Positions 37,198-47,187 of a stretch of DNA of 64,000 nt are shown here, piece by piece. The position numbers and the translations under genes are program-made. The stretch lies in assembly GCA_039816045.1 (NCBI GenBank), contig JBCBYB010000009.1, positions 55,791 through 119,790 of the forward strand, in the 5' to 3' direction. Position 1 is the first letter of the stretch. Every line of letters starts with the position of its first letter. Origin of the DNA: Pseudomonadota bacterium (GTDB lineage: Bacteria > Pseudomonadota > Alphaproteobacteria > Rhodobacterales > Rhodobacteraceae). The notes under the pieces were generated by a model. The model was not told the DNA's origin. It worked only from the letters and a program-made list of their open reading frames with translations, and did not search any database.

Positions 37198-38399
37198 CGG
37201 GCCTCTCCCGTCGTCAGCCGCGCCGCACGCTCGCGGATCTCGAGGACGCCGTCGCGCCCGGTGACCACCGAGACGGTGTGTCGGAGGCGAAACCGCTGCC
37301 GGAGCTCGGGCGTCAGGAGATAGACCGGCCGGCCGAAGCGTTGCTCGAGACGGGCGAGCACCGCCCAGCCTTGGCCCCGGTCGAGATCGGAGATCATGAG
37401 GACCGGCCGGGTGGTGTGCGCCAGCTCCCGCTCGACCAGCGCGATCTCGGCCTCGCTCCGCGCGTCGAAGACGATGAGCGTGAGGGTAAGCGGCTGGACC
37501 GCCATCGGGTCGATGACATCGCCGGCGCGGGCGAGGATGGTGCCGTTAGGCAGGGCGAAATCGCGGGCGAGCCGAATGCGGGTGTCGAGGACACGGGTGC
37601 GATCTTCCCTCGCCGGTGTCAGCGGCTGCAGTGGTGCGCGGTGCCAGAAGCGCGCGACGGCCTCCCGGGCCCGCGCCTGCCAATCGATGGAGGTGAGCCG
37701 TGCGGCGGCCAGGTCCGCGATGTCCTGCTCGAGAACGGCAACGGTCGGGCCGACGCGGTCACCGTCGCCGCGGGTCGCCGCATAGTCCGGGTCGGCGGTG
37801 CCGTGGACGAGCCTGCCCGTCCAGCTGTCGAGCACGGCGGGCACCGCCTCGACGCCGTGCTCGCGGAACGGCCTTGGGTCGATGACGGCGGGCAGGCCGC
37901 CGGCGCTGGCGAGCCAGGCGCGCGCCAGATCGCCGATGGTCTCGCCGGGAGCCAGGCCGCGGAGTACCACCATGGTGTCGTCGCGGTCTGCGAGCCTCTC
38001 TGTGAGATCGGCGAGGACGACATCGCCGAGCGCGCGCGAGGCGAAGACGACGTAGCGGGGTCCCAGCCGGCTCTGGGCAGCGTCCGGCGGCGCCGCGGTG
38101 ACCGGCGCGCCAGGGTCGAGGAGCCCGCGTGCGGCCGCCTCGTCCGCGAGCCGCAGGCGGAGATGCTCCCGTGCCTCCGCCGCGAGGTTGGAGACTTCCG
38201 CAGGGATCTCCGTGGCGATCGCCTCTGCGCGCTCTCGGAACCCCTCCAGCGAGCCGGGATCAACCCGCTCGACCGCTGCATCGCGATCGCGCGCGATCCC
38301 GGTCGCGATGGCGTCCAGATCGCGACCCTCTCCGAACCCAAGCCCGGCAGAGACGAGTTGGAGTGCCGTCGAGAGAATGAGCAAGACGGCGCGCATCAT
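37194..38399 (-). CDS. traW: TrbC-TraW fusion protein
   Basis: N-half TrbC-like (YVVFASRAL, IDPRPFREHGVEAVPA); C-half TraW-like (VLEQDI, IVFDAR, RFRLRHTVSVV). Confidence 0.85.
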   Translation of the reverse strand: MMRAVLLILSTALQLVSAGLGFGEGRDLDAIATGIARDRDAAVERVDPGSLEGFRERAEAIATEIPAEVSNLAAEAREHLRLRLADEAAARGLLDPGAPVTAAPPDAAQSRLGPRYVVFASRALGDVVLADLTERLADRDDTMVVLRGLAPGETIGDLARAWLASAGGLPAVIDPRPFREHGVEAVPAVLDSWTGRLVHGTADPDYAATRGDGDRVGPTVAVLEQDIADLAAARLTSIDWQARAREAVARFWHRAPLQPLTPAREDRTRVLDTRIRLARDFALPNGTILARAGDVIDPMAVQPLTLTLIVFDARSEAEIALVERELAHTTRPVLMISDLDRGQGWAVLARLEQRFGRPVYLLTPELRQRFRLRHTVSVVTGRDGVLEIRERAARLTTGEAR

Positions 38400-38920
38400 A
38401 GCAGCCACCGCGCTTCGCCGATGATCTCGGAGGCGGGCAGGGGGCCCCAATAGCGCCCGTCATAGCTGTCGACCGTGTCGCCCATCAGGAAGACGGCGCC
38501 CTCGGGGACCGCGAAGCTGCGGACGAGGTCCTGTGCGTCGACCTCGAGCCGGGTGGCAAGGGCCAGGCCCTGGCCGACCTCTTGGCCGTTCACTATTGTT
38601 CGGTCCGGACCGATCGTCACCCGGTCGCCGGGCAAGCCCGCGACCCGCTTCAGAAAGGCGACGGGACGGGCGTAGTGCTCAGCGACGGACGTTGGTGGCC
38701 GGAAGGCGACGAAGCCGCCTCGGGCTATCGTTCGGTCGCGCAGATCGACGAGGAAGAGCCAGCCTTCGAGGCAGCGGCTCACCTGTCCGTCATAGGCGAG
38801 GCGGTAGCGGGTCGAGATACCGTCGAGCGTGCCAGCGACGAGCAGCGCTGCGAGCCCGGCCGCCGAGAGGGCGCGCCACCGTCGTGGATGGAGCGTGATC
38901 GGCCTTGCGAGCGCCATCAC
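38396..38920 (-). CDS. trhF: S26 pilin-processing peptidase (TrhF/TraF-P type)
   Basis: QVSRCL, FLKRVAGLPGD and SYDGRYWG motifs. Confidence 0.9.
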   Translation of the reverse strand: MMALARPITLHPRRWRALSAAGLAALLVAGTLDGISTRYRLAYDGQVSRCLEGWLFLVDLRDRTIARGGFVAFRPPTSVAEHYARPVAFLKRVAGLPGDRVTIGPDRTIVNGQEVGQGLALATRLEVDAQDLVRSFAVPEGAVFLMGDTVDSYDGRYWGPLPASEIIGEARWLL

Positions 38921-39474
38921 CGGCCCTCCGTCAGGGCGCGGAGGAGCGCCGCCGCCTCGGCCTCGCTCATCGGCGTGCGGGGTCCGGTCTGCCGCTCGGG
39001 AACCGATGCTGTCGGCGCGCCGATTGAAGGGCCGGGCGTCGCCATGAGTGCCGCCACCAGAGTGGGATCCGGCGCGACGGTGAGCGCCGCCACATGGCCC
39101 TCGACCATGGCGCGGTTGATCACGAGCACGCCGGCCTCGCCGAGATCGGCGGTCTGGCGCTTGAGATCGACCATCAGCGGCAGGATCGCCTGCGGATCGT
39201 GCCCGGCCGCTACGGCCCGCGAGATCGCCGAATAGTCCGCGAGCCGGATCGCCGGGCGCTCGGCGAGCGCCGCCTCGAGCCCGGCGATACGCTCGGACAT
39301 CTTCCAGAGCCCGAACACCCCGGCGCCGACGACCAGGAGCGCCGCGCCGGCCGCGATCCAGCTGTCGGGCCGACCGGTCCGTTCGGGCGGTGCCTGCTCT
39401 GCCGGGCTCGACGCGTCGTCGTGAGCCTCTGGGCGATGGCGCGAGAGGGCGGTGATGTCTGCCGATCCGTCCAC
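38917..39474 (-). CDS. Single-TM hypothetical tra protein (possibly TrbI-like)
   Basis: One TM (WIAAGAALLVVGAGVFGLW); lies between traC and trhF. Confidence 0.7.
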   Translation of the reverse strand: MDGSADITALSRHRPEAHDDASSPAEQAPPERTGRPDSWIAAGAALLVVGAGVFGLWKMSERIAGLEAALAERPAIRLADYSAISRAVAAGHDPQAILPLMVDLKRQTADLGEAGVLVINRAMVEGHVAALTVAPDPTLVAALMATPGPSIGAPTASVPERQTGPRTPMSEAEAAALLRALTEGR

Positions 39475-39483
39475 GGAAACCTC

Positions 39484-41889
39484 CTATTCTGCCGCCATGC
39501 GGAGCAGGGTGGCGCGGGCTGCGAGAAGCCGGTCGACCGCCTCCTCGAGGCTCAGGCCTTGCGCCCTCAGCGCATCGAGCCGCGCGACATCCTCAGCCGT
39601 CGTCGAGAAAAGGAGCCGGCTCGCGGGATCGAGCAGGATCCGGCCCACACCCGCGCCGCGCTCGGTCGTGCGGAAGAAGACCTCCGAATAGCGCCCCTTC
39701 ACCGAGCGGACCGATTTGAGGAGCTTGATCTCGGAGGGCGAGAGCGCGAGCTGGCGGTCCTCGACCACCCGGTCGATCACATCGCCCGACTGCTGGAGCA
39801 GAAGCTTGTGCTCGCTGTTCTCGGCGATGGCGACGCCGACCTCGCGGGCATAGAGATCGGCGAGCGATTGCGTGGCGATCACCATCGCGCCGTTGTGCTT
39901 GCGGAACCGGCGATACCCCGACGCGATGAAATGCCCGACCTCGCCATCCGTGAGCAGCTCCCAGGCCTCGTCGATGAAGAGGAGTTTTCTGGCATCGCGC
40001 TTGAGGTCGCGCATCGCCGTCTGGATCTGGAAGATGAGCTGCAGGAGCACGATGCGCTGGAGCTGGGGGCGGCCTGCGAGCGCGCCGAGCTCGAGCACCG
40101 TGAAGCGGTTGCGAAAGGTGATCGAGGCCTCGCCGGTGAAGAACCGGCCATAGGCGCCGGCGCTCGAGAACTCGTGGAGCTGGACCCCGAGATCCTGGAC
40201 GCGGGTGTCCGCATCGCCGCGAAGCGCTTCCACGAGAAGATCGATCGAGCTGACAGGGCCATGCGCTGCCCAGAGCGCGTTCAGATGCTCCGAGAGCTTG
40301 CCGCGCTGGTAGTCGGTGAGCGGCGCGGTCTCGGCGGCCATCGCGCCGATCAGGCCGCGCAGAATATCCCGCTCGTCCTCGAAATCCTTGATGAGCGGGA
40401 AGGGGTTGAGCGAGATCTCGCGATCCGCGAAGTCGATGTATTCGCCGCCGAGCCGCTCGCAGAGGTTTTTGTAGGAGGCGCCGATATCGACGGTCCAGAC
40501 CCGTGCGCCGGAGGCGAGATAGGTCTGGATCAGGAGCTGGAGCAGCACCGACTTGCCCGAGCCCGACATCGCCGCGACCACCGCGTTGTAGTTGGTTGGG
40601 CTGTCGAAGAGGCAGAAGCGCATGAGCTGGCCGTCGCGGCTCACGGGCGTGATGGTCGGCGTCTGGGTGCCGCGCCAGGCGCCGTAGACCGGCAGGAACA
40701 TCGCCACATGCTCGGTGGTCATCGTCCGGTGCCGCCCGACATCGTTCGCCGAGGCCCGGCAGGCGCCGAGGGGCAGGCTGTTGACGAGCAGGGGGGCGGC
40801 GATGAACCGGTCGCGCATGGCGACGACGCCGTTCTCCGACCAGTAGTTGATGGCATCGGACGCCGCCTCCTCGGCATCGCGCGCATCCGCCCCATAGATC
40901 CCGAGGGTCATCGACCATTTGACCGGCCGGTGGCCCTCCTCCATCGAGGCCTGCAGGAGCTGGAGATCGCGGTGGCGCGTGGCGATCGCCGGAAGCCATT
41001 TGACGAGGGGGCCATAGGCCGCGTTCGTCGCCCAGGCGGTCTTCATGCCGAGATTGGTCCGCATGGTCTGCGGATCGCGATAGTCGATATTGACCGCGAT
41101 GAAGAAGGGGCGCTTGAGGCCCCGCATGCCGGAATAGAGATCGGTCACGAGCCGGCTGCCGACCCCGAAGGCCACCGTCTCCTTGAAGGTTTTTGGCGAG
41201 AGCATGACGAGCCGCGTGCCGCCCTCGAGGGCGATGCCGTCGGCGTCGATCCGGATCTCGCTGCCGATGTCGAAGAGCTGCTCGTTCAGGAACTGGTCCG
41301 CGTTGTAGGGGACATAGCCATAGCGTCGCCAGGCAGCGTCCGGACTACGGTTCAGAAGCTCCGAGCAGACCGTCAAGAAGCCGACGGCATCGATGCGCTC
41401 GGGGGCGACGCCGATGGCTGCGAGATTGCGCCCGAGCCGGCGCGCCACCTGTTCGATGCGCTCGAGCTCCTCCTCTTGCGGCGTCGCCGCCTCGAGCGGG
41501 ATCTTGACGCTGACGACGAGGCGGAGGCGCCGCAGATGCAGCCCGTCGAGCTCGTCGAAGCCCTGATCGGTGCCGCCAGCCATCCAGTCGATCTGGCGGG
41601 TGGCCAAGGCCGCATCGGTCGCATCGCCGCTCCGGGCCATGAGCGCGCGGCGGTCGTCGAAGGCGCGTACGAGATTGGGGCTCGCATGGAGCAGGACCTG
41701 GAGCTGCGTACCGGCGGGAAAATCGTCCTCGAGCAGCGTCTCGAGCTGCTCCTCGAGATGGCTCGAGAGCCCGTAGCGCGGGATGCAGGTGAAGACCGCC
41801 CCGATCATCGCGTCCTCGGTGAGGAAGAGCCGGCGCTCCGCACAATAGGCGAGCGCGGGCGAGAGCCGGGTGCCGCTGCCCTCCTTCAC
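39484..41889 (-). CDS. traC: TraC VirB4-like ATPase
   Basis: Walker A AMSGSGKS, FIDEAWELL and YRRFRKHNG motifs; GTG start overlaps the dsbC stop. Confidence 0.96.
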   Translation of the reverse strand: MKEGSGTRLSPALAYCAERRLFLTEDAMIGAVFTCIPRYGLSSHLEEQLETLLEDDFPAGTQLQVLLHASPNLVRAFDDRRALMARSGDATDAALATRQIDWMAGGTDQGFDELDGLHLRRLRLVVSVKIPLEAATPQEEELERIEQVARRLGRNLAAIGVAPERIDAVGFLTVCSELLNRSPDAAWRRYGYVPYNADQFLNEQLFDIGSEIRIDADGIALEGGTRLVMLSPKTFKETVAFGVGSRLVTDLYSGMRGLKRPFFIAVNIDYRDPQTMRTNLGMKTAWATNAAYGPLVKWLPAIATRHRDLQLLQASMEEGHRPVKWSMTLGIYGADARDAEEAASDAINYWSENGVVAMRDRFIAAPLLVNSLPLGACRASANDVGRHRTMTTEHVAMFLPVYGAWRGTQTPTITPVSRDGQLMRFCLFDSPTNYNAVVAAMSGSGKSVLLQLLIQTYLASGARVWTVDIGASYKNLCERLGGEYIDFADREISLNPFPLIKDFEDERDILRGLIGAMAAETAPLTDYQRGKLSEHLNALWAAHGPVSSIDLLVEALRGDADTRVQDLGVQLHEFSSAGAYGRFFTGEASITFRNRFTVLELGALAGRPQLQRIVLLQLIFQIQTAMRDLKRDARKLLFIDEAWELLTDGEVGHFIASGYRRFRKHNGAMVIATQSLADLYAREVGVAIAENSEHKLLLQQSGDVIDRVVEDRQLALSPSEIKLLKSVRSVKGRYSEVFFRTTERGAGVGRILLDPASRLLFSTTAEDVARLDALRAQGLSLEEAVDRLLAARATLLRMAAE

Positions 41890-42647
41890 GACGCGTCCTC
41901 CAGCCAGGCGGTGAGATCGCGGGGCACGCCCTCGACGAAGCGGCCGCTGTCGAGGCGGACCATGAAGGGCACGCCGCGGAGCCCGATCATCTGGGCGGTG
42001 ACAAGCCGGCGGTGCAGCGCCTCGATCGCGCAGTCCGGCCGTTGTACGAGGCTGAGGGCAGGGCGCTGGCCGAAGAGCGCCTCGCGGGCCGCGTCGGGGT
42101 CCTCGGCGCAATGCATCGCGCGGACTTGCCGCCCCGAGGCCTCGCCGAAGGCCGGGATCTGCAAGACGGCGACGGAGACCTGGTCCTCGATGCGCGCGAG
42201 GCGGCCGAGAAGTTCATGGCAGTGCGGGCAGGCTGGGTCGACGAAGACAGCGACCTCGATCGCGCCGCTGCCGAACCGCATTGGCTCGAGATCCGCCATC
42301 AGCCCGTCGAATCCGCCGAGCTTCACGGTCTCGACGGCGGTTCGAATGTCAGCGAAGTCGTGGAGGGGCGTGCCGGCCCAGAGATCATAGGCCTGGCCCT
42401 TCACGACCCAGCGGCCATTGCCGGACATCCAGTAGGTCTCACCGCCGGCGCGGACCGCCTGCCAGCTGCCGCCGGGGATTTTGACCATGGCATCGATGCC
42501 GCTTGCGAGCGGCGAGCCAGGACGGGCGGGCGGATCGGCGAGGGCAGGGACCGCGATGGGGTTGGAAAGGACTGCCGCAAGCGCCAGCGCCGCCGGGAGG
42601 CGTCGGTGCCAGATCGGTCTCCGTGGGTGGGATGACGCCTGCGGCAT
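41886..42647 (-). CDS. dsbC: DsbC-like thiol:disulfide isomerase
   Basis: Signal peptide; VFVDPACPHC and GLRGVPF motifs. Confidence 0.9.
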   Translation of the reverse strand: MPQASSHPRRPIWHRRLPAALALAAVLSNPIAVPALADPPARPGSPLASGIDAMVKIPGGSWQAVRAGGETYWMSGNGRWVVKGQAYDLWAGTPLHDFADIRTAVETVKLGGFDGLMADLEPMRFGSGAIEVAVFVDPACPHCHELLGRLARIEDQVSVAVLQIPAFGEASGRQVRAMHCAEDPDAAREALFGQRPALSLVQRPDCAIEALHRRLVTAQMIGLRGVPFMVRLDSGRFVEGVPRDLTAWLEDAS

Positions 42648-42665
42648 CGCTTTGGCCCTCCTCTC

Positions 42666-42989
42666 TCAGATCGGTGACGAAATCGGCAGCGTGGCCGTGA
42701 CGATGCCCCCGATGATGTCGGGCGCGTAGAACATCGCGACGCCGCCGGCGATGCCGGAGACGGCCCCGAGGATCGAGCCCCGGAGCACGCCGACGCCGAT
42801 GCCGACGGCGACCATCACGATGGCGATGAGCTTGCCGAGGGTGCCCTTCATCCAGCCCTCGATGAGGGTGTAGAGGGTGTCGAACTCGGTGCCGCCCGAG
42901 CCCGCCTGGGCGAGGGTCGCACCGATCAGACACAGCCCCGCGGCAAGGCCGAGAGCCTGCCACCGAGGGCTGATGTGAAGATTGGTCAT
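42666..42989 (-). CDS. traA: TraA pilin (SXT/IncC type)
   Basis: Leader then AGSGGTEFDTLYTLIEGWMKGTLGKLIAI and two hydrophobic segments. Confidence 0.88.
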   Translation of the reverse strand: MTNLHISPRWQALGLAAGLCLIGATLAQAGSGGTEFDTLYTLIEGWMKGTLGKLIAIVMVAVGIGVGVLRGSILGAVSGIAGGVAMFYAPDIIGGIVTATLPISSPI

Positions 42990-43196
42990 GGAAGCCTCCA
43001 TCTCGTTTGCGCTCGGTAGAGCAGGTCTCGGTCTTGGCCAAAGATCGCGGGCCAGTGGGTCGGGTCGTTTCTTGTCGTTGCGCCGGTGAGCCGGCGATGC
43101 GGGGCTCCGAGCAGGCCTCTCCCGGTCGCGCCCGATGCAGTTCTCGGGCGCGGTGCGAAGAGCGATGCCGGAGTTCGGTCGGTCGCTAGGGCGCGG

Positions 43197-43874
43197 TCAT
43201 GAGCGCACCTCGACGGTCTCGGGTCGTCGCTGGCGGTCGGCAGGCCGGGGCTGCCGGCGCTCCGGGCGTGCCTCGCGCGGCGGTCTCGTATCGGCAGCGC
43301 CGGGCACGGGCGGGGCCGTTGCCGCGTCGATCATCTCCGGCGTCTGCAGATGGTTCGCGCCGGGCAGGCCCGCAGCGGCCCCGGGCGTCTGCGGTCCGAC
43401 CTGCCAGCCGCGCGGCGTCACCTCGGCGAAGATGTGGCCGGGCATCCGGAGCCGGCCCGAGCGGTCCTCCCAGGGCGCGATCCAGATCCGGATGAGCTTT
43501 GGCGGCGTGCGCATCGGGACCGAGGTATCGGGTCCCGGCGCGAAACGGACAGGCGACAGGGCGGCACCGTCGAGCGCCAGCCGGCCCTCGCGGGGGGTTG
43601 CGCCCAAGCCGCCCTCTTCTGGCGCCGCGCCCACCTCCTCGACTGGCCCATTCGCGACGCCGAGATCCTCTTCATGCACATGATCCGCCGTCTCGGTGCG
43701 GGCATAGATCTCACGGGTCGAGGCGCAGACGACGCCCTCTGGCCGGCCGGAGCAGGAATAGGTCGCGCCGCCGGGCACCACCGTCTCCGAGATCGTCTCG
43801 CAGCCAGGCAGGGCCATGGCGAGAAGGAGCAGGGCGCTGCGGCGGGGCAGGGGGGTGGGGATGATGTTCTGCAT
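43197..43874 (-). CDS. traV: TraV lipoprotein
   Basis: Lipobox LPGC, YSCSG...VCAS and PMRTPPKLIRIWIAPWED motifs. Confidence 0.92.
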   Translation of the reverse strand: MQNIIPTPLPRRSALLLLAMALPGCETISETVVPGGATYSCSGRPEGVVCASTREIYARTETADHVHEEDLGVANGPVEEVGAAPEEGGLGATPREGRLALDGAALSPVRFAPGPDTSVPMRTPPKLIRIWIAPWEDRSGRLRMPGHIFAEVTPRGWQVGPQTPGAAAGLPGANHLQTPEMIDAATAPPVPGAADTRPPREARPERRQPRPADRQRRPETVEVRS

Positions 43875-43884
43875 CTCGTCCTCC

Positions 43885-45303
43885 TCAGAGATCCACCCGA
43901 AACGCCATGCCCTCGGTGAGCACGACGTCGAGGGCGCGGCCGGCATCGATCTCGATCACCGGAAAGAGCTTGTCGGCCTGGGTCAGATACCAGTCGGCGA
44001 TCCGGTCGAACGCCCCCGAAAATCCGCCGCCGATGGCCGAGCCCACATCCGTGCCGCCGGCGGCGCCCACCGAGATGAAGGAGGTGTCGTCGAAGGCGTC
44101 GGCGACCCCTTCGAGGGCGCCCACGAGGATGGCATTGGCGATGAGCTGGCCCTGGCGGGTGACGACGCGGCCGCGGCTGCCGACCTTGCCATCTTCGCCG
44201 ACGCCATAGGCCTTGAGCGGTTTCTGGATCACGGTGCCGTCGCGGAGCACGCAGGAGAGCTGCTCGCCGCGGAACTGCGCACGCTCTGAAGAGAGATCGC
44301 CGAAGCTCGAGAGGAGCGCGAAGCATTCCCGCACATTGGCCGAGAAGCGGTTCGGCAAGATCGCTTCGTGCTTCAGCCGCACGACGACCGGCATCGGGTT
44401 GCTCGACGCGGAGCTGCCGCCCGGCGCGTCGAGCCCGTTCAGAAGCACGCCCGAGAGGATCGAGCCCGAGGGAATGAACACCTCGTTGCCGCCCACGGCG
44501 CGCCGATCGTCCTCGGGCCCGATCTCTTCGGGCTCGAAGCTCGAGAGGCGGCGGATCGCGCCGGGCCCGCCGGCGAGGTCCTCGCCTGGCGTCGCCTCAG
44601 GGGCAAAGACCGCGGGCTCCGCGAAGGGGCGTGCATCGCGATCGCGCTCGAATTCTTCGCGGAAGAGTTTTCGAGCCTCGTCGGCCGTCAGCAGCCGCTT
44701 GACGCGGAGATCGGCCATGTCCTCTGCCGGATCCGGCGCCGCGACGAGGCTGCGGGCCCCGGGTCCGCGCTCGGTCGCCCCGTCTTCTTCTCCTCGCTCA
44801 TCGCCCGCCGGCGCATCCCCGCCCGGCAGGTCCAGAACTTGCGGCGCGCCATCGCGGAGATCCCCGGCCTCGGCCTTCGCGTCCTCGATTGCCCGGTCGA
44901 GCTCGGCGGTCGAGAGACCGAGCGCTTCGAGCTCCGCCTTCAGCCGCTCATACTGGAAGCTGGCGGCGGCGCGTTGGCCGGCATCCTGGCTTCTGAGCAT
45001 GCGCTCGAGCCGGGATGCCATGTCGACGATGCCGCGCCTGCGGCGGTCGCGCTCGCTCTTCTGCTCGCGCTCCATGGCGCCGAGCTTTTGGCGCATCGCC
45101 GCGAGCTCCGAAGCGATCGCCTCGAGCGAGGCCGGCCGCGCATCGCCGATCAGCACGACACCCTCTGGGGTGAGATCCGTGCGAAGCGCCCCGAGCCCGG
45201 TGTCACTGTCGTCGGTAACCACGACGATGAGGATCACGGCGCCGGCGGCAGCCCCGATGACGAGAAGGCGCCGGACCTTGGGGGAGATGGCGAGACCGGC
45301 CAT
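43885..45303 (-). CDS. traB: TraB (VirB10-like)
   Basis: IPSGSILSGVLLNGLDA, ECFALLSSFGDLSSERA, GEDGKVG and FPVIEIDAGR motifs. Confidence 0.95.
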   Translation of the reverse strand: MAGLAISPKVRRLLVIGAAAGAVILIVVVTDDSDTGLGALRTDLTPEGVVLIGDARPASLEAIASELAAMRQKLGAMEREQKSERDRRRRGIVDMASRLERMLRSQDAGQRAAASFQYERLKAELEALGLSTAELDRAIEDAKAEAGDLRDGAPQVLDLPGGDAPAGDERGEEDGATERGPGARSLVAAPDPAEDMADLRVKRLLTADEARKLFREEFERDRDARPFAEPAVFAPEATPGEDLAGGPGAIRRLSSFEPEEIGPEDDRRAVGGNEVFIPSGSILSGVLLNGLDAPGGSSASSNPMPVVVRLKHEAILPNRFSANVRECFALLSSFGDLSSERAQFRGEQLSCVLRDGTVIQKPLKAYGVGEDGKVGSRGRVVTRQGQLIANAILVGALEGVADAFDDTSFISVGAAGGTDVGSAIGGGFSGAFDRIADWYLTQADKLFPVIEIDAGRALDVVLTEGMAFRVDL

Positions 45304-45306
45304 GGC

Positions 45307-46239
45307 TCAGTTCCCTGCCAAGAGACTGGGTCGAGCGCGAGCGGAGACCGGCATGCCCCCGGCCGAGGCCCGGCGCCGGACGACGAAGATCTCGGCGCGG
45401 CCGCCCGGCGCGATGCTGCCGGCAGGCCAGAGGGCGACGGCCGCGACCGAGGGGTCCTCGCAGCGCCGCTCGTCGAAGTCGAGCGGGAGGGCGCCGGTGT
45501 TGCTCACGAGACCGACGAAGACCTCGAAGGCCGACCCCACATAGCGCTGCCCCCGCGAGAAATCCGCCGCGAGCCCGCCGATCCGCCGGCAGCGCGGATG
45601 CATCGCCGTCAGCGATCCCGGCGCGAAGCCCGAGGGCACGGCGCCGCTCGCGAAGGCGACAAGCGCTGCGGCGATCGTCTCCTCATAGGGCCCGCTCTCA
45701 TAGCTCGGCAGGGCAGGGGGCGGGGCTGCCGGCCCATACGCACCGGCTGCGATGCCGCCGCTCGCTGCGGCCGGTGCCGTGCTTGCCGATCCGAGCGCAG
45801 CGGGATGGACGAGCGCGACGGCCGCGTTCTCGAGCTTCAAGGTGATCATGGTCGGCGGGACGGCCGAGGGCACGAGCGTCAGGCTGATCGCAAGATCCTC
45901 GCGCCCCGTCGGCGTGATGAAGAGCGAGATCGGCCGGTCCGAGGCGGGCGAGACATAGAAGACCGGCCCGCTCGTCTGGATCTCCTCGTCGCTCTCGGTC
46001 CAGAGATCGAACTCCGGAAAGGGCGTCACGATCCGGTTCATATGGCCTTGGGCAACGCGCACGAACTGTGCCTCGCCGGAGCTCACCCGGAGCTCGACCG
46101 AGGCGCCCGCCTCCGAGAGGCTCGCGCGTTCGGCGGCTGCCGGTGTGATCGGCTCCTCCTCAGGCATGCCACCTGCGAGCGCCGTGCTGGCGAGAAGAAG
46201 GAAGAGGGCGGTCGCGCCCAGCATCGTGCGACGGATCAT
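45307..46239 (-). CDS. traK: TraK
   Basis: Signal peptide; HMNRIVTPF, PISLFIT and LTLVPSAVPP motifs. Confidence 0.9.
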   Translation of the reverse strand: MIRRTMLGATALFLLLASTALAGGMPEEEPITPAAAERASLSEAGASVELRVSSGEAQFVRVAQGHMNRIVTPFPEFDLWTESDEEIQTSGPVFYVSPASDRPISLFITPTGREDLAISLTLVPSAVPPTMITLKLENAAVALVHPAALGSASTAPAAASGGIAAGAYGPAAPPPALPSYESGPYEETIAAALVAFASGAVPSGFAPGSLTAMHPRCRRIGGLAADFSRGQRYVGSAFEVFVGLVSNTGALPLDFDERRCEDPSVAAVALWPAGSIAPGGRAEIFVVRRRASAGGMPVSARARPSLLAGN

Positions 46240-46841
46240 TGCGCCTCTCCCTCTTCAGCGAGGCGGGCGAGCACCTCCGCCGTCCGCGGCTTGCCGCGAT
46301 AGGTGTTGAGGTATTCGATCCGCGGCCGAAAGTTCTCGATGGCGATCTGCATCTCGTAGGTCACGGGATCGCGGCTCTCGGCGCCGACGAGGGTGCGCGT
46401 GACGGCGAGCCCGTGCACGAAGACGCGATTGCGTGCCTCCTCGAAGATCACCTCGCGCGGCTCGAACCAGAGCGTGAGGCGATCCCGGCTCACCTTCTCG
46501 AGCTCGCTCTCGAGACGCACCATGACGTCGGTGTAGATGCCGGCCGAGAGGAGCGGCCCGAGCGTCGGGCGCAGGAATTTTGCGTTCGCCGGCGTGACGC
46601 TGCCGAGCTGCTGGGCGACGAAGAGCGCCCACGACCGCTTATAGTCGGCATCCGCCCGCGCCTCGGCAATGCGCGTCTCATGGCCGAGCTTCGGCGGCAC
46701 CAGCACGACGATCTCGTCGCGGGCGCCGAGCGACCAGGCGAGAAACCCGACCGTCGCAGTCATGAGCGCCAGCAGTGCGAGGGACGCCACGAGGAGGCGC
46801 AGCACCATGCGGTGCGAGCCGATGAAGGCCGAGAGCCTCAC
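46236..46841 (-). CDS. traE: TraE
   Basis: IVVLVPP, YKRSWALFVAQQLGSVTPAN; GTG start overlaps the traL stop. Confidence 0.92.
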   Translation of the reverse strand: MRLSAFIGSHRMVLRLLVASLALLALMTATVGFLAWSLGARDEIVVLVPPKLGHETRIAEARADADYKRSWALFVAQQLGSVTPANAKFLRPTLGPLLSAGIYTDVMVRLESELEKVSRDRLTLWFEPREVIFEEARNRVFVHGLAVTRTLVGAESRDPVTYEMQIAIENFRPRIEYLNTYRGKPRTAEVLARLAEEGEAQ

Positions 46842-47116
46842 GACCGGAGCTCCCGCTCGAAGGGGTTCCACATCGCATGGCCGCGATTGACCCAGAGCCC
46901 GGTCCAGTAGAGCGCGTGCAGGAGATAGTGCTCGGGCCGGCCCTCCCGGTAGCGGCGATAGAAGAAGGAGAGGACCACGCCGATGCCGACGCAGAGCAGA
47001 AGCCGCTCGATCAGAATGCCGGCGATGAGCCCGAGGACGGGCAGGAGCGCATCGTCGAAACGCCAGAGCATGATGTAGGGCAGTTCGTCGATCGTGCGCG
47101 GCAGTGGCTGGGCCAT
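46838..47116 (-). CDS. traL: TraL
   Basis: LPRTIDELPYIMLWRFDD and YLLHALYWTG motifs. Confidence 0.93.
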   Translation of the reverse strand: MAQPLPRTIDELPYIMLWRFDDALLPVLGLIAGILIERLLLCVGIGVVLSFFYRRYREGRPEHYLLHALYWTGLWVNRGHAMWNPFERELRS

Positions 47117-47187
47117 CGGGGCATCTCCCTCTCGAACGCCCCCAGTATTGCAGCTGATCTCAAAACGATAAGACCCAAAGACGAGAA

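Noticed and set aside
39094-42390. 1098-aa + strand ORF, and similar long ORFs at 34355-35968, 44368-46302, 4836-5882 and 7905-9368
   Set aside because: Antisense shadows of well-supported genes; expected in high-GC DNA with few stops; no motifs.
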